From positions 54,525 to 118,524 of the forward strand of contig NW_005434521.1 in NCBI RefSeq assembly GCF_000315625.1: a stretch of DNA of 64,000 bases. Reading direction: 5' to 3'. Both the position numbers and the translations under genes were made by a program. The DNA is from Guillardia theta CCMP2712. Its lineage: Eukaryota > Protista > Cryptophyta. Positions within the stretch are counted from its first letter, which is position 1. Each line of letters starts with the position of its first letter. Positions 28,701 through 38,853 of this stretch are shown here, piece by piece. The notes below the pieces were generated by a model. That model searched no databases. It was not told the origin of the DNA and worked only from the letters and a program-made list of their open reading frames with translations.

Positions 28701-29244
28701 ACCAGCAAGACCTCGCGGATGAATCGCTGCCGCTGCTCGCAGGTGGCCCCTCCCAGGAGGACCTTGAGGATTACTTCCCTGTAGAAGGCTCCGCACGTGC
28801 AGTCTTGAGCGAGGTAGACCACCGCCATCGCCCCTCCCTTGAGCTTCTTCAGCACTTTGTACCTCGTCTTGTACTCTCGAATCTCCCATCCGCTCCTGGG
28901 CATTCCATCCTCCTCTTCCCGGATCTGCGATATGCCATTCTTGGGGGTCCTTGCGGGGGAAAGGAAGTGAGTTTCGTCTCGCCGTTGCCCCTGCAAACAA
29001 GCATGCTCTCAGGCACACACCAGGACACCAGAAGGCATGACAGACCTCCCTCTCACTGCCTCTCGCCTTCTCTCGGCCAACACTGCATGACCAGAGCGTG
29101 AGTGGCGGCAACGACCAACGTTCACTTACTTGGTGTAGGAGGCATGAGACCTGATGGACGACATGGAGGACCCTCTGATGGACTCCAGCCCTGACTGTAT
29201 CGAGCTTGAAGAGGAGAGATGGAAGGAGGGGGTTCCTCCCCCAT
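25704..29244 (-). CDS. Ser/Thr kinase (PknB-like catalytic domain) + coiled coil + C-terminal HECTD1-type Sad1/UNC (discoidin-fold) domain
   Basis: RYKVLKKLKGGAMAVVYLAQD, VILKVL, RFIRE, HPNVV, IVHRDLKPANIM, VKLIDLGLAK, GTPMYFAPEQ, DLWAVG. The C-terminus has DTNGLLYRFG...WQNP...WFIIDL...PTYYTLR...WVLEGS...W..LDVH...GFELYG. Confidence 0.88.
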
Positions 29245-30744
29245 GACGCTGAAACTGAGACATGCACAACTCGTCTACTTTAAGCTGCACAGATCAAGTC
29301 TTGGTTTTAGTGCTCAGCAGCGAGTAGCATCGAGATATCCTAGCGCTTCCTTAGCTTCAAGGAGTCCGCGTGACTGAGTCCCTCTTGAGTCAGCCAGCGG
29401 CCGCCGGGTCAGGCTACTAGGCTAGCCACTGCAGCCAGAGTCCACTGAGTCACCGTCATCTTGTGAAGGATCGGATGCTTCGGTGCCTGAGTCAGGCTAG
29501 TGATTGTACTGCTGAGAAAGTCTCAGCCCTCAGGCTCAGTCGATCCTCAGTCTCCTACTTGAGCCCTCACTCGCTTCACAGTCTCCTCTCCCCGCCTCCA
29601 GCCTCCGCCATCGCCACTGTCACCGGACGGTCAATCTTTTGAAAATCCACCCACTAAAATAGATTTAATCCAGTCACTGAGTAAACTCCTCTAGTTAAGG
29701 TCCCGGGTCGGGGTCCGGGCCCGGTCGAGTTCAGGGGCCACGGGGCGGGCTCGGGCGGTAATGGATACTAACGGATACCTGGGCGGATACTATCCGTAGC
29801 TGAAATAGACATGGTGGCGGCGGCAAAGGCAGCGATGTGTCGGAGAGGGGAACGAGATACGGGACGAGACAGACGAGAGAGGAGGAGGGAGGGATCATGA
29901 AGGATGTAGATGTTTCCTTGAAACTTTGGTGGTCACTGTGAATTACGGTGTTGATGTCTGACTGAGACCTGAGTTGGTCCAAATCTGTCCTCAGAGAGAG
30001 AGGGAGAGGGGAAGGAGGGAGAGATGGATGGATGGAGGGATGGATGGAGGGATGGATGGAGGGATGGAGGGATGGAGGGATGGATGGATGGATGGATGGA
30101 TGGATGGAGGGAGGGAGGGAGGGAGGGAGGGAGGGAGAGAGAGATCAGAAAACCATGAGTGTCTTCCTGTCCTGTCATGACCTTTGGTGTAAGAATTCCT
30201 GTGATCATTGCAGCATACGCTCCCCCTCCCAACTCCTCCCTTTACCATGTGGGACATGTCTGGCCCGTTCATTCTCGTTCGTGTTGGTCTGGTTGGCACT
30301 GACAACTTGCGTTTGACTTGTAGATGTTTGCTGACGTTCGTCAATACGTGGAATTGGCCACATCCAGTGGACTGGATGCATGGGCAGAAGAGTACCTCGG
30401 TCATGGAAAGGTACAGTCGGACGCCTGGACGACTGAGTACCTCGGGCAAGATCTGAATCAAAAGTATCCCACAGCCTCGCAGTTTCAGTTCGTCTGCAGT
30501 GTGTCGAGCACAGGCGTGGTCAACTGCCCTACTGGATAGATCGGAACAAGTTGAGAGCACAAGGCGCAGGGAAAGAATCGAGGGACCGAGTATGCAGCAG
30601 CGTCACCTCGATTGTAAGGAGTATATTTAAATGTAAACGATGTCTGCATACCAGTATGACAAACTTCACCCTCGTCGCCCCAAGGACTGGTCATTGCCCC
30701 TGCAAAGTTAAATCTGAACCTCAACTTGTAAGTATGAGTGCTGC

Positions 30745-31735
30745 TTAGTAGCTCTGGTTGCTCGCGGATCCCGTGGAGCACATGGGGCACTGAAGGCCAG
30801 CATCAACTCCGTTCTTAGTCTGGGGCAGGAGGGAGGACCATCCCGGGGCCCTGTCGACGTGGATCGCTCCGTTCTAGCAGAGGAAGCATGTCACCGACAG
30901 GGAACTAGAGCACATCGCGACCTACCAGGTTAGGGATCGCTGATAGGATGGCATGATGTCCGGGAGTGGCCTTGTGCTCCCACCAAGCCTTTCCGGAGTT
31001 GTCACCGGTCTGAAGCCAAGCGTTCTTCGAGAATTCAGAGCCTTCCTGTTCGCACGTCAACACTCCAGTTATGATGGAAAACTACTTCCAACATGCAAAC
31101 GAGGCCGCAGCAAACAAAGGATACGATTCGTGAATGGGTTGGTAAAGAAGATCCAACGGGATACATGAAAACAACAGTACAATAAAAAAAATGCAAAAAA
31201 AAAAAATGCCAACTAGCAATCACATCACATCTGACAATGATGATGTCGAGTGAAAGTGATAATTTCAACGAGAGCTTGTGCTGTACTACCTCAAATATCT
31301 AACTTGCTGTCCTAACAATCATTTCATTCAAGGAAAAATTCTTGATTGATCCATCAATGCAGCTGCTTACCGAGACGTTTCCCCCCATGTCCACTAACTT
31401 CATAGTTGCTGGTCTCACAACCCTACCCGTGCTCATCTGCTGTCGTTACACATCTCCTCAAAGAGTTTGTATGATATCTATCTCACTCATTCATCTAGTT
31501 TTTGCATCTTCGACATTCTGCACTATCAGGACCACAAGCTGCTTCACACTGAAAATGACACGAGCATCCTGGTGATTCGTTTTCTGCTGCCTCCTCAACT
31601 GCAGTGGAAGTAGAGAGGATCGCACGTATTGATCGAGGATGTTGTCCTTATCAGTATCGGTTCATGTCGTGTTACATTCTCTCCATCTCATCCTCCTCCT
31701 CTGCTCCATGTCCACATGACTGTTACCTTGAACAT
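30745..31735 (-). CDS. Small multi-exon hypothetical protein
   Basis: Two in-phase exons with canonical splice sites (EGSEFSKNAWLQTG...AIPNL | NGAIHVD...CPMCSTGSASNQSY*). A candidate first exon is ATG TTC AAG|gtaac. No recognisable domain. Confidence 0.4.
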
Positions 31736-32171
31736 GGCGGCGCGTTGAGATTGGAACGCCTCTGTGTGATCAAGACCGTAGTAAGATCACCGGTACTTTC
31801 TATACTGAAGTACCCCCACTTTCCCTCCTCAAAGTTGCACCCTGTTTTTTTAAAGGATCTGGGGTATCCGGTACAAATTTCTAGTACTGACGACCAAAAA
31901 AGAAAACTCTTACCCCGTCGTTCTACGCTATATGAGCTATTTCCGGCGCCCCTGACCCCTGGTTTGAGATCATTGGAAAGAAACCTCAAGTATCTTTAGA
32001 AAATTTGAAATAAAATATCTCAGAATTTGAATTATTTCATCCAAATTTTTAATGATTTTTAACATTTTTTTTTTTGGGTATTTTGAAGTTCAGAAACTTT
32101 CAGACAAACTTTTCTATTCCTAAGTTTTCAAACATCTATCAAAGTTTCAAAACTTTTTCAACCGCCCAGGA

Positions 32172-34620
32172 ATGCAGCGTCCTGATGAGGGAGGAAGGGA
32201 AGGGGATGGGGATGGAGAGGATGGAGGAGGAGGAGGGGATGCAGGACGCGATAGGGAAGTAGATACATCAGCATCAGCAGCATCAGCTGCAGGATCGGCA
32301 TCAGCAGCATCAGCTCCTTCTCAAGTGCAAGAACCGAATGTCTCTTCCCCTATGGAACAAGGAGGGGGCAGCGGGCACATGGAGGAGGATGGAAGGAATG
32401 GCGTAGAAGGTGAGGATATAATAGGCGTTTGACCTCACGAGCTCATGTTGATCGTCTTCTTTTTCTCGTCTTCCCCAGAAGGGGCGGAGCAGGATGGAGG
32501 CAAGAAGGAGCAATGGCAAGCTTGGAGCGGACAGGGTCACACTCTGGGGAGCACAGGGAGGTCTGCTGTGGTGATCAACAGCAGCAAGGAAGCAGAGGCG
32601 AAGCTGCGAGCCATGGCGGCAGCTGAGCGGCGGCTCGGCCACTCCAGAACCTCGTGAGCGTCTGCATGCGCGTGGCCTTGTTAGAGTAGCTGACGGAGGG
32701 CAGGTGGGAGGAAGAGGAGCGTCAGGCGGCGCTGCAGCACCTGCAGATGGACCGAGAGAGGAAGACGAGACTGGCTGCAGCGGCTGAAAGGCGAATGCAG
32801 GAGGGATCGTTGAGAGGAAGAGCGATCAGGTGATCTTGCGTCCGGTGTACTTGACGGCTCATGTTCTCGCAGGCCCACCATGCAAGTTCCGCAAGCAAGC
32901 AAAGGACCTCCTGGGAGGAGAAGCACGTACGAAGACGTGCAAGGAATGGAGTTTGAGGAGGAGGATGGGAGATACGAGTTCTTGAGACCGATGCGATACG
33001 ATGGCCCGAGCAGAACGTGGGGGAGGGAGGCGGAGGAGGCGGAGGAGGCGGAGGAGGCGACGTTCAGTCCAGATTCGTTGACGAGGATCAGTCAAGTTGC
33101 CTCCATGATCAACAAGATGGATTTCACATTGGGATCCACACAGTCGCAACCTCTTCCTATCTTCTCTACAGGTGAACAGCGGACTCCTGCTCCTCTTCTT
33201 CCTTCTCCTCGTCTCTTGTCTCGTCGTGCTGTTCCCTCCCCCCTAGCAGTCAACTCAGCCTCCTCAGCCTCCTTCACGCTGACTTCCTCTCTCAGCTTAC
33301 TCTGGTTTGGACTCGAGGATTGATCCAACTGTGTCAAGAGCGCGGGGTCACGATGATGCTGATGATGCTGATGATGCTGCCCTTGCTCGCGCTCGTCGCC
33401 TCCTCGCAGCCGCCAAGACGAGCATGCCTGGTTTGTTCACAGAAGGCGAGACAGCGGCAGCCGGGAGGAACAGCCTGCATGACATGACGGAGGAGGAGGA
33501 GGAGGACTTCCTCAGCAGAATCCGTCAGACAGCCAGGAGCATCTTGAACGTGCAGGAGGAGAATCTTGAGCAGACCGAGGATTTCAGCGAGGGCATCCCG
33601 CCCTTCACGTCAGAGTCGATCTCTTCTCCATTTAGGATGGAGCGGGAGCGGGAGCAAGAGAGGGAGAGGGAGAGGGAGAGGGAGAGGGAGAGGGAGAGGG
33701 AGAGGGAGAGGGAGAGGGAGAGGGAGAGGGAGGAGCGGGTTCTGGTGAGCAGGAAAACGGAGGAGGTTGGAATTCAGGCAGACGTCGAGCGAGAGATTTC
33801 CAGCCCAGCTGCAAAGACCTGGCACTCGCACAAGGCACTGCATGTCAATGTTTCGGAGCTGAGGCTGCGAAGGAGGATCGCCAGAGGAGAGGAGGAGGAG
33901 GAGGAGGAGGACGAGGAGGAGGAGGGTTCCTGCAGCTACTACCTCAAGCTGGAGCTGGCGGGCTCGAAGGCCAGGACTGCTTCCCAGCTGGCTCGAGGAG
34001 GAGAAGTGAGCTGGTCGGAGGACTTCCAGTTTCACCTGCCGTCGGACGCCTCCAAGTTGGCGCTGCAGGGGAAGGTGGTGAAGGTGAAGCAGTACGACTC
34101 CAGGTCATACCCAGTTGACATCCTGCTGGGCTCTTGCTCGCTCCCTCTCCCTCCCCTCCTCCACGGTCAACCCCAGCTGGTGTGGACCTGGGCGCAGCTG
34201 GACTCGGTCCCCCCCGAGAGGGGCAGGGAGCTGCACGTGGCGCTGGAGGTGACGGCAAGCCGCATGTTCCGGACGCACACGGAGAAGCCTAGAGGAGGGC
34301 GAGAGGAGGCGGCAAGCGCGGGAGGAGGAGGAGGGAGGGAGCGGCAGTCGCCTCTGCGTCCCAGCGGTCGGAGGAAGGAGTTGAGCAGCTGGGCCACGAT
34401 CAACGAGGAGGCAGGGAGACTGCAGCGCGCATGGAGGAGCCACCTGGCAAGGAAGATGTTGAGGAGGAGGAGGGAGGTGAGAAAGCGGCTGGGGAGGAGC
34501 GAAGAGCCGGCGGAGACGATCTCAGACGCGCTCAGCAAGCTCAAGAAAAAGACAGCTGGCGGGCGGTCGATCTTGGGGGAGGAGAAGAGCGGGCACTGCC
34601 GAGACCGGAGGCAGCACTAA
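32172..34620 (+). CDS. C2-domain + IQ-motif protein, multi-exon; ends uncertain
   Basis: LHVNVSELRL...YYLKLELAGSKART...VSWSEDFQF...ILLGSCSLPL...W..L...ELHVALEV is C2-like. AGRLQRAWRSHLARK is an IQ motif. There is also an (RE)n tract. Confidence 0.7.
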
Positions 34621-34963
34621 GATATGCGTTGAGCGATGATCTGCGGGAGCATCGAGGAGGAGGAGGAGGAGGAGGAGGAGGAGGAGGAGGAGGAGGAGGA
34701 GGAGGAGGAGGAGGAGGAGGAGGAGGAGGAGGAGGAGGACNNNNNNNNNNNNNNNNNNNNNNNNNNNNNNNNNNNNNNNNNNNNNNNNNNNNNNNNNNNN
34801 NNNNNNNNNNNNNNNNNNNNNNNNNNNNNNNNNNNNNNNNCCCCTCCTCCTATTCACATCGTCCCTCTACCGCCGTCATCGCCTTTCATGGGAGATCTTT
34901 GATCACATTTCACTCATTGTGTTTGAAAAGAATAATCTACAACTATAAGTCTCACTCCATCCA

Positions 34964-35470
34964 TCATGCCATGAGCGGACACCGCTGCACCTTCATCCGA
35001 CTTGCATGCGGCGAGCATCCGCAGCTGTCGGGCTGTACCAGGGAGAAGTACTTCTCTATCCTGAAGAAGTCCACCTCCTGATCCTTGCGTTGGTCTTCCC
35101 CGACGTTATTCCAGTCGTCGTCGATGGCAAGAAAGTCTCCGATGTCCGGTACGTCCATCGCTCCCTCTCCGCAGCGCCCAACCTCCACGAAGACACCCTT
35201 GGACTTCTTCTTGTTTCTCTTGCCGAAGCCGTACAGCACATCAGACGTGCTCTCTCCGAATGCGATATCCAGCTCCTTCACGATCGAGCTGTCGTCGGTG
35301 GGAGCATCGAAATGGTCCAGGGAGCCGTCGATCTCCATGCAGAAGGCCAGTTCCGACAAAGACAAGTTGTCTCCGTCCACTGAGTCAGATATGCTCATGG
35401 ATCGGTGGGATCCAGTCGACACGTTGTCAGACTCGAATACAATAGGTAGATGCTGATCCAGGAAGCTCAT
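34964..35470 (-). CDS. Intronless acidic hypothetical protein (168 aa)
   Basis: ATG-initiated ORF with coding-like codon usage and a promoter-type GGGGTA region upstream. Confidence 0.6.
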   Translation of the reverse strand: MSFLDQHLPIVFESDNVSTGSHRSMSISDSVDGDNLSLSELAFCMEIDGSLDHFDAPTDDSSIVKELDIAFGESTSDVLYGFGKRNKKKSKGVFVEVGRCGEGAMDVPDIGDFLAIDDDWNNVGEDQRKDQEVDFFRIEKYFSLVQPDSCGCSPHASRMKVQRCPLMA

Positions 35471-37746
35471 TTCTGACTGTTGCGGTTGGGGAGATGAGGG
35501 AGGTGAGGCTGGGAACGAGATTCGAAGTTGTGGTCAACGGAGAGCCTGAAGGATGTTGTTGTTGTCTTCTCTTCCTTGCTTGTCTGTTGCTTGCTTGCTT
35601 GCTTGTTGCTGATGCTGTTGTGGTCAGTGTGTGTTTCTCTTTTCGCAATGATGAGAAGGTCCCAACCGGGGGCTTTAACGGGGGACTGGAGTACCAGGGG
35701 TGGAGTGGGCTCTCTTGTACTTTTGGTAGGGTAGGGTACACGACTTGCACCTCCTGGTGGGTGGTGGGACTGTTTGTTACGGTGTTGATGTGCAGGGGGT
35801 AGTCTGGATGACCCAATGTACCCGGTGTATTACCCAAAATATTTCGGGAATGAGAGGGGTGTCGTATGAAGCTACCTCTGTAAAAAGGGTGGGGCAGATT
35901 GTTACGATGACCGGTCCTGAATTACCTACACCCACTTCATCGGTAGGGGTACTTCGAATACCTGAAATGCTCGAAGGGGGTGGGGGTTGTTACGATTGTG
36001 AGTTTGCTGTGCTTGCCCGGGATGGGGAGCAGGTTTATTCATGATCGAGGGTGGGGTCATCAAGGAGGGGTAGTTTTTAGAGTGAGATGTACTAGAAAAG
36101 TGGGTGGTAGCTGAAAAGGAGAAGTCCTAGTCTTGGGCTGGGGTGGTGAGCAGGCGCAAAGAAGCACGAGAACGGAGGTCGTACACCACTACCTACCCCT
36201 CCTTGAAATGTTCCATTGAGCAATGTACCCCTACTTTTAACTGTGGAACAACGGGTGTATACTCATAGCGACTCTGAGTGTGTAGGTGGGGTGGGTCTTT
36301 CCCTGAGCCGCCTCCGTTCTCCCACCGTTTGATCTTGAAAATGAGTGATTTCATTTCATGTCAGTCATCATTCCTTTTAAAACCCACTTTGTAATCCTGA
36401 GGTAAAAACAAAATTGAGTCTTCTTGAATTATTTTTACATTTGTTTGAAATTAAAAAATCCAATTTCAGGTAAAATTTAACTCACATTGAAACTTACAAT
36501 ATCTCAACCTTACACCTCAGCAACCCCACCCCCACCCCCACCTAGATCATTACATTACCCATCGATAAGTGTACAGAACCGACGGTCTCATCCTTTCGAA
36601 ACATTGTATTAATGCATCCTTTCACAACAAACGGATTCAGCTGATGCAATCGGTTATGAATTCATGTCATCTACTGTGATGGAAACACGTCTTTTCATCT
36701 CACACGCCCCCCTTATCCCTGGCAGATCGGGGGTTGAAGAGGTAGCTATAAACTTATAGTGTCGTGACTACAGGTTATGGTGTAGAGCCTATAAATTATA
36801 GAGTTTATACATAAAGTTCATACCAATATGAAGGTTTATGGAGGCCGTCACGCTCACTGAGTCAGCTTCTGATATCCGCTGACCAATCAATTTGTGACTC
36901 GGATCGGATCGGAGGCCGGGTACCCTTGGAAAGTTTGCTCCGATAGGCTCAGTGATGAGCCTCGGCGGAGCCAGCCTTGTCCGAGTCGCCCGGCCGGGAT
37001 GATCGGCCCCGCCGGAATTGGCAATGTGGCCGGGCAGTGCGGCACACCGTGGCACGGTGACTCGCACGGCAGTGGCTGACGCGGCTGAGCCTAGCACTCA
37101 CCGTCGACGGTCAGTGAAGCACAGTCACCGCCGGCCGTTCGGCCGACCGTGACAGTGCGCGCGGCGGCCACGTTGCCTCACATACTGAGCGCCGGGGGGC
37201 CCGGCCGCTGCTCAGTGCGGCCGGCCTTGAACTGATGGCACTCAGTGACTGAACTTCGGAAGTCGTGACGGTGACTTTTAAGCTGACCGAGTCTCAGCCT
37301 GAGCGGCGTACTGAAGATACTGTGACTACTTGAAACTTCACTGCCGGGCGGCACCGTCTGCAGTCACGCGGCGGATCGGACTCGCGTATTTTTGCCAACT
37401 TGTCTCAGTAGTGGCAGGGTGACTTCAGTCAACGGCCCGGCCGGGCCACGGTTGATCGGCCCTCAGACTCAGCTCGGCCCCGGTGGCATGATCGTCAAGG
37501 TTAAGTCACAACGACGGTTAAATATCTGGCTGTACTCAAAGTTAAGTTAGAAATCAGTACGAGGACAATCAGGAGAGTCATCGAGGAGGCTTGCCCCTGA
37601 CAACTGTCGCACTGTTAAAGATCAGTAGGAGCCTCCGACACGTACTGATCGCCCGGTCACCCGGTCACCGGGTATACCAGCTGCTTCTGAGGTGGGCTCT
37701 CAGAGGAACAGGGTTTGATATGGCCCAGAAACCATCGTTACATCAA

Positions 37747-37829
37747 GCAGAGGTGGCCGAGTTGGTCTAAGGCGTCGGTTTAAGGCACCGATCTCTTCGG
37801 AGGCGCGGGTTCGAATCCCGTCCTCTGCA
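37747..37829 (+). tRNA. tRNA-Leu, anticodon AAG
   Basis: Acceptor stem GCAGAGG/CCTCTGC, D arm TGGCCGAGTTGGTCTAAGGC, anticodon stem TCGGT/ACCGA with loop TTAAGGC, long variable arm, GGGTTCGAATCCC T arm, discriminator A. A T5 Pol III terminator follows. Confidence 0.96.
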
Positions 37830-38853
37830 GTCTTTTTCCTCCCCCACCCACTTTTAGTTTTATAACCTGCCACGACCTTTAAAAGTCCTCTCTGTACGGA
37901 CCCTCCAGTGGTCGATTTATAATGTCTATAAGTGTTTTGTAGCCAGGGATCGCTGTAGGCTATTTGCTTTTAAAAATATTTCTTGGTCCTTTCGTTTTGC
38001 TGTATACCCCCAAATTGCATGAAAATGTGTAGAATCCTTCGAAATCTATTGAAAAATTGCAGTCCTCTGGCTCTCCATTGTTTCAAAAGCCTCTAAAACT
38101 TTCTCCTGTTTTAGTTATTAAATTTTGTAACTATGTTTTCCATACATGTTATTAGAATCCTGGAATCTTTCCAAAAACATTTTTAATATCAAAACTTATT
38201 TTAAAATGCTGTTGAACCGATCGAGGGGACTGGCATGACGGGACAGCAATCTGCATGGCGCGGGCCAGTCGTCCTGCCTTAGCTCCTCCTCCCCTCTTCT
38301 GTGCTCTCTCTCCCCATCATCCTCCTAACTTTCTCCATGATGCTTCCTTGCCCTCCTCGCTACCTTGATTCCTTGTCGTTCCGTTTGCGGGATCCCACCA
38401 CTCTTTCGTTGCTTTCGGAGTTCCTGCTCTGGCTCTGCCGCCACGCCTCCTCTATATGACGGCTCCCTATCTGTCAACAACTATCGACATGGCTCACAAA
38501 GAGCTGTCATGAAGTTCCTCTCGTTCTTTGTTGCTTCCATCTTGCTGCTCCTTTCTTGCTATCTCATTGGTTCTGCGCCTTTTGATTACCTCAACAGACT
38601 TTTGTTCCTGCCGCTCTCGATAATTTCCCTTCTCTTCCATCGTCCACCTTCCGTTTTGACATTCTACTCCTGCTCGATCTCCTCGTTGACGCTTGAACTC
38701 GCTCTCTCCCCTCCTACTCACCTTGTCGTGACATGCAGGGATGAGGTCGCGATGACAGCGCAGCACCTCGGTCGTTAGAGGTATGCCGGCCTAGTCCTCC
38801 TCCTGCTCCATGACTTCAGTCACTTGACTCGTCCTCCTCTTCTCCAGCACGAG

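Noticed and set aside
30155-30539. Small plus-strand spliced gene candidate (MFADVRQY...CPTG)
   Set aside because: Possible, but the start and exon structure could not be supported well enough.
38365-38778. Hydrophobic 137-aa ORF upstream of the MAPKK
   Set aside because: Pyrimidine-rich composition explains the hydrophobicity; no recognisable motif.
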